A stretch of 63,037 nt of DNA, filler included, from Octopus bimaculoides (GCF_001194135.2; 7 parts of 7 records of this genome joined end to end with filler, not necessarily neighbours in it); one strand, 5' to 3'; counted from the first letter of the whole stretch, positions 39,590 to 51,506 are shown. Translations and numbers: made by a program. Notes: a model not told the origin generated them from the sequence alone.

Positions 39590-40810
39590 GACGTATTTTG
39601 TCATTGGGGATTTAATTTCATGTAATAAAGAATTATATCCAGCTCACTGCCTCCGATATGGTTGCTGGTATCTATTTCTATAATCTCCAAGCAGAAGGCA
39701 CTCGTACAGTTGTACAACGTTTTCTTAGCATCAATAAATGAATAATAACCTTGATAATGTCTTTAAGAAACCAAAGGTAATCGATTGTGGTTTCATCTCA
39801 CCTCTTCTGGCTGCTGGGGGTCCTGTGGCTGAACGAAGGGGCCGGATTTGAAGTTGTATAAATGGCTATATCATGGTTGGATTTTGGAAGAATTTAATAA
39901 GACTCTTCAGGGAGTTTAGCTTTAATATAGCTATCTCCGTCGATTTAATTAGTCAGCGTATTTGACATTATTTTAGACTTCAACAGAGGTAAATAATACT
40001 CCCGAAGATAGAGTAAATGGAAGAACGGTTATATGCATGGATATTCTATCTACCTCGGCTATAACCAGAAAGCTGGTATCAGTAAAAGAGTCTCCAGTTT
40101 ATCCTCAGACTGTTTGGCAGAGCTGCAGAACAATGCAACGAGATGTCAGTAAGTAGTGGCTGTTAATGAGAAATTAATGCACATTGATGATCTCCAACTT
40201 TTAACTCGGCGATAGTTTCGGAGAGGAAAATAGATTCTTTCAATCCCCCGTTCAACCTAAATGTCCCCAAGAACATAGTCAGAAAGTGTTTCTTGCTCAT
40301 TATTCAACGTAACACGCGTGAATACCTCAATCTTTGGAACATGTAGTAACACACGTCTAGAAAAATATGTTCCAGCATCATCGGGTACTAAAGGAGAAAA
40401 CTACAGTTATTCAAACGCCTACTTCCAGCTGCCGGAGACAATTTAGCTGACCTCTGAGACGTGCCTGTCCAAGGTTGTGATTTAGTTTCAGTTTACCCGA
40501 CGGTATCCAAAAGAATAGCTTGAGATTCACTGGCACGGCATCAAAGGAGGTTAGACCAGGATATACACCTCTTCAGGTTTACAGACAAGCAAAATTCTGC
40601 CTCCTTCACTATTTTTTCTACAAAATACTTGAACAGCATAAACTAGAGTATAGTCGACAAGTCTCCTCTTTATACGCCATGAACACGAAAGCGCCATCTT
40701 TGTTTCTTTGAGAATCTGCACATATTGAAACAATATACGGTATTCTCCAGCAAGAAAATTGAACATAACTAGTTCTATTACAAAGGTACACTATGTTAGT
40801 CAATTTTAAG
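39590..40810 (+). mobile_element. Penelope-like element remnant: RT C-half, Cys linker and GIY-YIG endonuclease
   Basis: Degenerate frames read KELYP, WLNEGAGFEVV, LFREFSFNIAI, FDIILDFNRGK, FNPPFNLNVPKNIVRKCFLLI, SCRRQFS*PL..CLSKVVI, KILEQHKLEYS and YAMNTKAPSLFL*E, colinear with the PLE ORF; many stops and frameshifts. Confidence 0.8.
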
Positions 40811-41212
40811 CCACTGTTTCCTAGAATTTTTATTGAAACTGAACAAAATTCTTTAAGAAATTCTAATGTGCGTAGGACAGACTACACCTATACATTGCGA
40901 CGGAGTTGCCCTCACTTAGAGATGTCGTTAGCAGTCACACAGCAGTCCACCATCAACCGATACTAAATGGTTAATACTAATGGCATTGGATTTCACATAT
41001 GATATAAGGACTCTTTAGCAAAACGGATTAGTTTGCAACTTAGATTTACAGCTTTTCATGCATTATACATATCAGTGGAAGTTTGACTATTGGAGATGTA
41101 AGCCACAAACTGTTGATACAAATATTTATCCTCTTCGACATATGGTGAGTTATATTTCCGTACATTTATTGATGTGTATCTAGAAACACACAAGCACACA
41201 CACACACACACA

Positions 41213-41251
<39 letters not shown>

Positions 41252-41444
41252 ATATATATGTAGGTATGTATATGTATATATACAAGGGAATATATATGTA
41301 CATATATGCATACGTACACGAACATACATAAATAATTACGTAATACAAAGATACTTATATACATGCATACATACACACACACATACATACTTACATGCAC
41401 ACACATACACAGACATATGTATGTATATATATAGAGAGAGAGTG

Positions 41445-41812
41445 GAGAAGGAGGAGGAGGAGGAGAAGAAGAAGAAGAAGAAGAAGGAGAAGAAGAAGAA
41501 GAAGAAGAAGGAGAAGAAGAAGAAGAAGAAGAAGAAGAAGAAGAAGAACAAGAAGAAGAAGAAGAACAAGAAGAAGAACAAGAAGAAGAAGAAGAAGAAC
41601 AAGAAGAACAAGAAGAAGAAGAAGAAGAACAAGAAGAAGAACAAGAAGAACAAGAAGAACAAGAAGAACAAGAAGAAGAACAAGAAGNNNNNNNNNNAAG
41701 AAGAAGAAGAAGAACAAGAAGAACAAGAAGAACAAGAAGAACAAGAAGAAGAAGAAGAAGAAGAACAAGAAGAACAAGAAGAACAAGAAGAAGAACAAGA
41801 AGAAGAAGAAGG
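41445..41812. repeat. (AAG)n with interspersed AAC, about 360 bp
   Basis: Direct reading. Confidence 0.95.
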
Positions 41813-41863
41813 TAAAAGAGGATAAGTAGAAAGCTTCTGGCACTGCTGAGTGTTTTATAAAAG

Positions 41864-41899
41864 TTTTATATTTCCAGCACAAATGCCCATCTTCAGAAA
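41864..41899 (-). ncRNA. Decayed minimal type I hammerhead motif
   Basis: Minus strand TTT-CTGAAGA-T-GGGC atttgt GCTG-GAA-ATAT-A-AAA; palindromic ATAT stem III; stem II partly mutated. Confidence 0.45.
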
Positions 41900-42092
41900 A
41901 AAAAGCAGTCTGGGAAATGTCCAGTTATGTTGGTTCCCTTAACCCATTTAAATACCCTAGCGTTATGTAGCAGCAGCAGCAGAAACAATCACTCTCCAAA
42001 CGTAGGTGTAGTCGAACGTCCATGCGTTGGTGAAAATAAACTTCCAGCTGTTGTTGTGGGCCATTCACCATCTGTGGTGCTATGGCGTTATC

Positions 42093-42164
<72 letters not shown>

Positions 42165-42780
42165 ACAGTCACCCTCCATGTGATGCTGGCTGTCCGGGTT
42201 TTGGTGTAAACAAACCTGCAGCTGTTGTTGGCCATTCACCATCTTCTGTTGGATTCTGTCATAGGAGCCACTGGCTCAACTCCGATCGACTGTTAATTTT
42301 CGGGTTGAGACGGGGGATCAGTAGAGCCTCTTGTTTGTGTTTGGATGTATACTCATAACTGTGGAGTTTCCCATATCTTTCACATAATCCACGTCAACCT
42401 TGGTTCATCGAGTTGTAAACCCATGCTGTTCATAAGTTTGTGCATATCATGTGATGTCATGGATATGCGTGATGGGAAGCCCTGGATAGGATCATGGGGC
42501 CATGTGCCTGTTATACATAAAGTTCATATAATATATAATTGATGGACAGAGGAGTAGCAAAGTAGATGCTGAGGGTCCTACTTGATATTTCGGAGTGTGA
42601 AATGTTGCTCAGGCATTCAGAGGAAGAAGGTTTTAATGCAAGGGATAGGATAATTCGAGAGTTGTTCTCCCTGATCGGTCTATTTGTTTGCTTTCTCCAA
42701 AACCACGCGTGATCCCACGTGATTTTATTGTATTTTCAAGGTAGAGACGAATGCCAGCATCCTATGTCACAGGCTTGATA
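41864..42780 (-). mobile_element. Probable PLE 3' end (GIY-YIG remnant followed by hammerhead)
   Basis: Minus strand peptides NYILYEL.., SYPG.., HDMHK.. and KQEALLIPRLNPKINSRSEL resemble a PLE endonuclease; a hammerhead-like motif lies about 350 nt downstream on the same strand. Confidence 0.45.
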
Positions 42781-42842
42781 ATTGTTAAGAGACGTCCCTC
42801 TGAACATGAAACCATTAGTGGCCTGGATAATCTACAAAGAAA

Positions 42843-42887
<45 letters not shown>

Positions 42888-43101
42888 TGTTTCGAAGAGT
42901 TACAGTTGTAACAACAGAGAAGGTTCAGACATAACACTGAAAGTTCATTTGATGGTTTTGGTTTTCTTCTTTTGCCCTTTAAACAGTTTTCCAGCTCCAC
43001 TTAAGAAAGGTTGATATAGAAACATAGGAAGCTTACAGAACGTGTGTGTGTGTGTGTGTGTGTGTAGCTGTAATAATGAACTAGTGGTATATTGAAATCA
43101 T

Positions 43102-43175
43102 TTAATACGTACGTTTCGTGTTTGCTTAATATATACTAGGAAATTTATGCATTACGTAAGATCTTCCTCAGTTAA
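43102..43175 (-). ncRNA. Type I hammerhead-like motif with degenerate stem II
   Basis: Minus strand TTAA-CTGAGGA-(47 nt)-GAA-ACGTACGT-A-TTAA; core, stem I and palindromic stem III intact. Confidence 0.5.
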
Positions 43176-43872
43176 CTCGAGGCAAAAGTTCTGGTACCAT
43201 GCATTGCTTCTTAGTGTAACACGAAACTGATACACACATACACACATACACACATACACACACACACACACATACAGACACACATACACACACATGTATA
43301 CAGACATTAAGAAAGCTACNNNNNNNNNNNNNNNNNNNNNNNNNNNNNNNNNNNNNNNNNNNNNNNNNNNNNNNNNNNNNNNNNNNNNNNNNNNNNNNNN
43401 NNNNNNNNNNNNNNNNNNNNNNNNNNNNNNNNNNNNNNNNNNNNNNNNNNNNNNNNNNNNNNNNNNNNNNNNNNNNNNNNNNNNNNNNNNNNNNNNNNNN
43501 NNNNNNNNNNNNNNNNNNNNNNNNNNNNNNNNNNNNNNNNNNNNNNNNNNNNNNNNNNNNNNNNNNNNNNNNNNNNNNNNNNNNNNNNNNNNNNNNNNNN
43601 NNNNNNNNNNNNNNNNNNNNNNNNNNNNNNNNNNNNNNNNNNNNNNNNNNNNNNNNNNNNNNNNNNNNNNNNNNNNNNNNNNNNNNNNNNNNNNNNNNNN
43701 NNNNNNNNNNNNNNNNNNNNNNNNNNNNNNNNNNNNNNNNNNNNNNNNNNNNNNNNNNNNNNNNNNNNNNNNNNNNNNNNNNNNNNNNNNNNNNNNNNNN
43801 NNNNNNNNNNNNNNNNNNNNNNNNNNNNNNNNNNNNNNNNNNNNNNNNNNNNNNNNNNNNNNNNNNNNNNNN

Positions 43873-43909
<37 letters not shown>

Positions 43910-44058
43910 CATAGATACATACATACATATATATACATAAACACACACACACATATATATACGTGTAAATATACTCTCTCTCTTTCTCTCTCACGCGCAC
44001 ACATCTACACACACATATAAAATGCAGGCACATACAATCACTCCCACGAATACGAATA

Positions 44059-44098
<40 letters not shown>

Positions 44099-44404
44099 AA
44101 CACATATACACACGCGTATTCTGACACGCTCACGCCATCTTCTTCTCTGCGGTGCAGGCTGCTAGATTTATTGTCAACAGTTGTATGGAATGTTTAATTA
44201 TCGTCTTCATCGCCGCGATATTCCACTGAATCTGTTGGCATCAGGCAAGCGTAGAGAAGAATGTACGACCATGTATTCCTACCTCTAATACGCCATCTGA
44301 CTCTTCACATCATAGAATGCTATTTTAAATTTACTAGCCTTTACCATCAGATCTGAGATTATGAATAGTAATAGATTTATCTCAGAGTTAACCATCGTTG
44401 CTGG

Positions 44405-44475
<71 letters not shown>

Positions 44476-45283
44476 CCGTTACGCCATCTAAACGCAACTG
44501 CATTGCACAAGATATATCTCTGAATGTATTTTTATGTAAACAAATATCATACTTCCGTACCTTCTTCCTACTTGGCAATGTTTTTTTCTACTTTACACAT
44601 AAATTACGTAGAATGTGATCTAGCCAGCCAGGGACTCTCTATTGTACTGTTGCAGGGTTTACTAGAAATAACAGCCAAACTACGGTTTATTGTTTTATAA
44701 AAATGGGCATGTAAAATTATGCTAATACAGAAAATTCTTGCGGAAAACGAGAATACGCCCGTAGCCGGAATGATATTTGTTTATAGGTCTGTGTGCTGTA
44801 ACAGGAAAGACCTAGAGTTAAACAACAACAACAACAACAACAACAGCAACAGCGACAGTAGCATAACAGAAAATCATTAAAACTATTTCAATCACATCCC
44901 TCTTCCAGTTTTCACTTGTATCCTTTGGCTGTTGTTTAATCCAAGATCATCTTCGAGCTAATATATAAGAAAAAATACCACAGAGGATATAACACAAGAT
45001 ATTACCATGTAGGATATGTGAGTGCCCGCGTGCGTGTGTGTTTGTGACTGAGTGTATACATTTGTGCATCCAGCTTTGATTGCAGTAATCGTCCTGGGAA
45101 TTCATCTCCTCTAGGTGTTTGGTGCTATAAAAAAGCTCAGGTTATATCGGTAGAAGAAAATTCGTCAGCTCTGCTGAAGGATATGTTGCATCACGTATTT
45201 TCAACGTCATTTGCGCTTCCTCAGCTTCCTCCGCCCAAATATCGAATGCCTATATCCTCAAACCGATATAGTCTAACGCTGAT

Positions 45284-45460
45284 TAAACAATCAGTGATGT
45301 CGCAAACGGCTGGTGTGCTCTGAACAAAATAGCTATTAGCGATGGAAACAGCCCTTGCAACGAATATTAATTTGCACATCCAACTTAATTGGGATGTATT
45401 GTTTGGAAATACTTAATTCATACAGAGCCACCAGCATTTTGCGACATCGCTGACTGTTTA
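45284..45460. mobile_element. MITE-like element with about 40-bp terminal inverted repeats
   Basis: taaacaatcagtgatgtcgcaaacggctggtgtgctctg versus the reverse complement of the right end, taaacagtcagcgatgtcgcaaaatgctggtggctctg; TA at both ends. Confidence 0.7.
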
Positions 45461-46048
45461 GACAAAGTTAAATTATATCAGTTTGACGGAATTTGAAGTC
45501 GGCATTTAATGGTAGGGTTCCTGTATGAAGGAAGCTTGAGTACTTTCCTATCATCAACCGTCACTGTGAGTTCGATGGAGCATTGACGCGTCTCTCTTTC
45601 TGAAATCACAAAGTCAAAATAAGAACCGAGAAGAGTTAATTCAGAATGTTCTAATAAGTGAAACAGAAGTAAAATGAAACCGGAATCAACAAGAATCAAA
45701 TCAAATGAGAATCGTTAATTAGGATTGTCACTCTAATTGCCACGTGAACATTTGAAATGAAACCAGCATCGAAATTAGTTTAACTCCAGGGCGATAAAGG
45801 CTAATTAGGAATTATTAGACTAATCTCAGGAAAGAATGATTACCTGAAGATGATGCGAAAAGATTATTTTCAATCAACAAAATTTATTAATCACATATAA
45901 GACATGACTTAAATATAACGTCAATATTGTTTCATTTTTGTTCTTAGCAACATACATACACAAACGCATGTATGCATACATACATACATACATACATACA
46001 TACATACATTCATACATACATACATACATACATACATACATGCGTACA

Positions 46049-46145
46049 TTTCTCAAAACTAGAAAGGATAAAGCTAATTCGAAGACTACAGATCCAATCC
46101 ATCACTGGAATTATAAAAATATGTGAAAACTTTCCAGAAGTTTAT
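46049..46145 (+). mobile_element. R4-like LINE C-terminal fragment
   Basis: FSKLERIKLIRRLQIQSITGIIKIC overlaps the FSKRETRKLIRR peptide at 62830-62985. Confidence 0.6.
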
Positions 46146-46327
46146 TATTTAAATACGTCTCGATATGCAACTACATGCATGAGAATACATACATAAGACA
46201 AAACATAAAAATCTGCACATATACATACATAATTGCATCCATCCATCCATCCATCCATCCATCCATCCATCCATCCATACATACATACATACATACATAC
46301 ATACATACACATACATATATAAATGTA

Positions 46328-47186
46328 TACGAGGTGTAGTCAAAAAGTATCCGACATTGACTTTTTTTTGTACAAAATAATACAATAATAATGTGTGTGC
46401 AAAATCCGCATGGGTATTGTATGGCCGCGTCCTTTCCTGAGCATGCGCAAACATGTTCGTGTCTGTAGGTTGCGCCATTCGCACACAGTGAGATTTTTCT
46501 TTTTTGAGTCAAGATGACTGAGCGCATTGAGCAAAGATACTGCATTAAATTCTGCCAAAAACTTGGTGATACACAGGCCCAGACATCGAGAAGATTCAGA
46601 AGACCTCTGGAGATAATGCTATGGGAAGAACACAAATAAAGGAGTCGTACAACCGGTTCAAAAATGGCCGCACCTCAGTGGACAGTGAGCCACATTGTAG
46701 CACACCATTGACTAGCAGAGAAGACGAAATGATTGCAAAGGTTCGAGGAATAGTCTATGAAGACTGCCGTGTGGCTACTGCGGAGATTGTGGGCAGCAAA
46801 GAACTGGCAACTCAACCATGGCAACGTACCCGCTCATTCAATCCACGTCGTCCAAGCATTCCTCGTTAAGCAAAACACACATCTTGTTCGTCAGGCTTCC
46901 AACTCCCCAGACTTGGCTCTGTGTGACTTTTGGCAATTCCCAAAGCTCAAAACAACACTCAAAGGGAGAAGATTTGAGTCAACAAAGGACATTAACTAAA
47001 ATTCGACGGCACAGCTCTACAGCATCCCAAAACGAAATGTCCCAAAATGCTTCCAGCAGTGGCAGGAACGTTGGCAGAAGTGTGTAGACTACCAAGGTGA
47101 ATACTTTGAAGGAGACTAAATTAAAATGGTGAGTTTGTTTGTTGTTTTTTGGCCAAAGGTCGCGTATTTTTTCATTATACCTCGTA
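46328..47186 (+). mobile_element. Mariner transposon, internally deleted (about 860 bp)
   Basis: TIRs tacgaggtgtagtcaaaaagtatccgac and its complement gtcgcgtattttttcattatacctcgta, with terminal TA. ATG at 46514 gives MTERIEQRYCIKFCQKLGDT; also HGNVPAHS, NSPDLALCDFWQFPKLK and WQERWQKCVDYQGEYFEGD*. Confidence 0.92.
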
Positions 47187-47939
47187 CATACATGCATAGA
47201 TTATAAATTCACGTCTATACCAATGATAAGTGGTGCACTTGGTTTTGTGATGCAATTCATAAGTAGCGATATGGATAAGTAGCAATATGGATATGGTTTT
47301 CAGTAAAATTAATCAACCAACTACCTCGTACATTACAAATACAGTAAGTAAGCGGGAGAATAAAAATATGCAAGACATTTCTCAAGTTTACAATAAGAAG
47401 TTTGTTATCTACGTTCCCGTAATGAAATTTTGTACAGGAAGATTTCATATTAAAGATATTAGATAAGATGTATACAACATAGGAAGATACTCAAACTTAT
47501 TTACATCTGTACACGCATGAAGACATACATATTCACATGCATACATGCATGCATACATACATACATACATACATACATGCATACTCACACACACACACAC
47601 AAACTTATCTGCAAGTTTAGATATCTGAACATAAGTTATCTGATGAATGATTATGGAGACGCCATCCAAGAACAGTATTGTCAACAGAATGGATTCCCGA
47701 GGTGACGACACGAAATACCAAATTAGCGTTTAAGCGATACATTAATATATGCATATATTTATATATATACATATAAGTATATATATTCGTTTTGCAAGAT
47801 TCTTGATGTGAATTCGTGTGTTGAAACAGATATTTTTGTATTTGGGGATCGTCATGTTGCCAGTTTAGCCAATAAAAACACACGCAAAATATAGTTGGTG
47901 TTAATTTGCTTCAGCTTTATTTTACATTAATTGTATTTC

Positions 47940-47983
47940 GGCCAGAGTTCTTTCGTCACACTTCTGTGACCTCATCAGTGGTC
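47940..47983 (-). ncRNA. Minimal type I hammerhead ribozyme motif
   Basis: Minus strand GACCA-CTGATGA-G-GTCACA gaag TGTGAC-GAA-AG aa CT-C-TGGCC; all core nucleotides present, 6-bp stem II, one mismatch in stem I. Confidence 0.7.
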
Positions 47984-48242
47984 TTTTGCTTTCTTCTTTC
48001 TTATTTGTGCGTCTTTCCTTACTAATGATCAGCTATTTTGTCAGACAAAATATATATATATACGTATGTATGTATGTTTATATAAATATGTGTATAATGT
48101 GTATATATATATATACATATATGTGTGAGTGTGAGTGTGTGTGTGTTGTTTAAAAAGGTGTTTTGCTTTGAAACTGTAATTACTTAAATTCTTTAGCAAT
48201 TTCCACTAATATCGAATAATATTAAATAATCCCCATTTTACT

Positions 48243-48289
<47 letters not shown>

Positions 48290-48339
48290 CACACACATAA
48301 GCCTGCATGTACATATACATGTATGTGCATGTATATGTC

Positions 48340-48535
48340 AGGTCGCTCTTCAGTGCTACTGGTAACATGTAATCCAGTACAACCTGTTGCATGGTCGGGT
48401 CGTCGGCGACTAAACTGGCAACCCCACCAGGCTTGCTTGGTGAGGAGGGTGTTGTTGGACACCCTGCAGGACGAAAAATAAGACCTGTCAAAGGGCGGAT
48501 GAACTCCTGAACAGTCAACGACCATCCAACAAAAT
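48340..48535 (+). repeat. Unclassified interspersed repeat (possible LINE 5' UTR), homologous to 51870-52103 and 52553-52661
   Basis: Shared catgtaatccagta..acctg..catgg...ggcttgc...gaggagggt...ggaca..ct..aggac...tgtcaaagg..ggatga. Confidence 0.6.
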
Positions 48536-48669
48536 GTCTGTAAATATGTATATATATATATATATGTATGGGTGTGTATGTGTGTGTGAATGTCTGTAAA
48601 TATGTATATATGAATAATTTTAATTTTATATATATACTATTTTTTATCTTTTATATTTTATTTATATAT

Positions 48670-48769
48670 NNNNNNNNNNNNNNNNNNNNNNNNNNNNNNN
48701 NNNNNNNNNNNNNTTAATTAATTAANNNNNNNNNNNNNNNNNNNNNNNNNNNNNNNNNNNNNNNNNNNN
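48670..48769. other. Assembly scaffold linker
   Basis: 44N-TTAATTAATTAA-44N. Confidence 0.95.
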
Positions 48770-48809
<40 letters not shown>

Positions 48810-49987
48810 CACTCACTTAAGTTAAAAACACCAACAACTTATAGATAGTAGCAGTACCAAATGACCACTTGATTTCAGCACTTATGGGAGACAGTCATGC
48901 CTTTAATTAAACCAAACAAAAGCATGTACTGCCATCCTTAACACTTGCTGAAAGGATAGCTAAAAAGTCCAACATAAAAACACACACCACCAATCCGATA
49001 TAAATGCCATTCCTTCCTCTATTTGCACCTCCTCTCCTTCCCCCAACCAAATACACATAGAAATAATACACGTAACTCGCTTAAACTTCAGACTTATAAA
49101 AATGGGATACACATCCCTCTGGTGTGATATCGCCAGAAGAAATGAGTCCACGAAGATGATCAACCGGATATATAGCAATACTGCAGACTCTAGTGTAATC
49201 ATCTCAGCAATACGGACTTTGATCTTAGGAGGGATGCCTTTTCCTAAATCACGCGTAACGATGCTTTAAATATTTATAAATTCCATGGAAGGATCATTGT
49301 TGTTATTATTATATTTATCGTACATTATATCAGTACAGCTAGATGTAACGCAAAAAAACTGGTCAGCATCATTAGAAAGCGGCCGTCATTATAGAGTAGG
49401 AGATTTATTTGCATATTCAAATCGTTTCCGATAATAAAATTTAAAATATATATACGCGTGTATGTATATAAACACACACACGCACACACACACACACACA
49501 CACACATGCAGGCACACAAGTATATNNNNNNNNNNNNNNNNNNNNNNNNNNNNNNNNNNNNNNNNNNNNNNNNNNNNNNNNNNNNNNNNNNNNNNNNNNN
49601 NNNNNNNNNNNNNNNNNNNNNNNNNNNNNNNNNNNNNNNNNNNNNNNNNNNNNNNNNNNNNNNNNNNNNNNNNNNNNNNNNNNNNNNNNNNNNNNNNNNN
49701 NNNNNNNNNNNNNNNNNNNNNNNNNNNNNNNNNNNNNNNNNNNNNNNNNNNNNNNNNNNNNNNNNNNNNNNNNNNNNNNNNNNNNNNNNNNNNNNNNNNN
49801 NNNNNNNNNNNNNNNNNNNNNNNNNNNNNNNNNNNNNNNNNNNNNNNNNNNNNNNNNNNNNNNNNNNNNNNNNNNNNNNNNNNNNNNNNNNNNNNNNNNN
49901 NNNNNNNNNTAATATTCGTTTCTTTCTTTACTAGTTTCAGTTATTTGACTGCGACGATGAAGTAGCACCGCTTTAAAATATTTGAGT

Positions 49988-50058
49988 CTCCCCAGCGGTT
50001 AATCGAACCGTGGTCTTCCACATTACAGGGGGAGATATTCCCCCTATGCTACCAATGG
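49988..50058 (-). pseudogene. tRNA-Asp-derived pseudogene
   Basis: Minus strand ccattggtagcatagggggaatatctccccctgtaatgtggaagaccacggttcgattaaccgctggggag aligns by eye with eukaryotic tRNA-Asp(GTC); anticodon loop is CTGTAAT instead of CTGTCAC, with CpG decay and a broken acceptor stem. Confidence 0.65.
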
Positions 50059-51129
50059 TTTTGTGTATATATGTACAATATATATAAGTGAGTATATATA
50101 TGAGTATATATATATATATGAGCAAAGAACTTTTGAATGTTTACCTTCGAAATACGATATTACTATAGTTAATACCACCTATGGCAAATATTTTTAATTG
50201 ATAATATTAACAGCAGTATGATAGGTGGTTCACAGGTTTAAAAGCATTATAAGCTATAAGCTATAAAATATAAAATATAAAGATAGAAAATTAACACGAA
50301 GTTTTAAGGATGCAGTGAACATCAACCTATTCAGAAATGAGAGCTCATTTCAACCGCCATAACGTACCGAAATCTTACAAAATAACAGTATGCGAGGAAA
50401 CGGACAGATCATTAAAAGCATACCTAGAAAAATTATGATGTTTAAATGCTCATATATCATGGCTTTGGGTGTAGGCCCACGAGTCTTAACCCTCAATCAG
50501 TATGATCCACTTGGCAAGAAATTCCAAATCCGCCACGTTTTATATCTTCAATATATATATATATATATACCTGCCTATATGGGTATAGGACGTCACCAGC
50601 AGTGCAAAGAACATGAAATACGTAAACAAACGAGGGATAACGAGTGAAATACGTATACAACGAAACAAAAAGGGAAAGCAGGTAAGTACCACAGAAGGAT
50701 GAATATTCAACAGTTGTATCTACTCCTCATTTCGAGCATTTCAACGACAATATGAGTCTTCCAAGACAGTGGCTCCCATAAATTCTAAAATAGAATTTAG
50801 TATCTATGGTGGCTCAAAGCTAGGGAAAAATATAACAATGGAGTCATACAAGGAAACCGAGCGAAAAGAAACATGGTAGGTCGTTAGACAAGAATGAAAG
50901 GAATATAGTGAACGCAAGGAGACACATTTATTTTTCAAAAGAGAAAAGATAGAAGAGACAGAGTAAAACACGTCCGTTCTCTTAAACGATCGTGCAGGCA
51001 AAGAAAGATGGTGATGTGAGAAAAAAGAAAGATGGACGATGGTCGCGTGTGAGCAACAAATGAAAGAGAGAAAAGGGATTTATCGGAATGATTCCATCAA
51101 TGGAAACGATGCTGAAAATGTGTATATAT

Positions 51130-51229
51130 NNNNNNNNNNNNNNNNNNNNNNNNNNNNNNNNNNNNNNNNNNNNTTAATTAATTAANNNNNNNNNNNNNNN
51201 NNNNNNNNNNNNNNNNNNNNNNNNNNNNN
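51130..51229. other. Assembly scaffold linker
   Basis: 44N-TTAATTAATTAA-44N. Confidence 0.95.
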
Positions 51230-51506
51230 CTACTCGCTAGAAATAGCAGCAAAAATACTACATACCACAAAAGTTAGGGATAATTTCGAAAGGAAATGAA
51301 AAATAAAAACTTTTACCAATCTATATTCTGTACCATGGTTTCAAGTCAATTTTAGTAAGATAAAGATTATATCTTTATTACTAAAATTGACTTGAAACCA
51401 TGGTACAGAATATAGATTGGTAAAAGTTTTTATTTTTCATTTCCTTTCGAAATTATCCCTAACTTTTGTGGTATGTAGTATTTTTGCTGCTATTTCTAGC
51501 GAGTAG
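51230..51506. repeat. Perfect 129-bp inverted repeat at scaffold start
   Basis: 51230-51358 is the exact reverse complement of 51378-51506; the 19-nt spacer itself contains TAAAGAT/ATCTTTA. Confidence 0.9.

Noticed and set aside
40551-40803. Minus-strand ORFs resembling an inverted GIY-YIG domain
   Set aside because: The plus strand gives a continuous, better colinear PLE endonuclease match; the minus-strand resemblance is coincidental.
45843-45872. CCTGAAGATGATGCGAAAAGATTA
   Set aside because: Core-like, but there is no stem I complement and stem II is a single pair.
48340-48535. HDV-like or twister ribozyme in the putative LINE 5' UTR repeat
   Set aside because: A conserved GACAGGT/ACYTGTC helix and a GGAGGG are present, but I could not build the P1/P3/L3 of HDV or the pseudoknots of twister.
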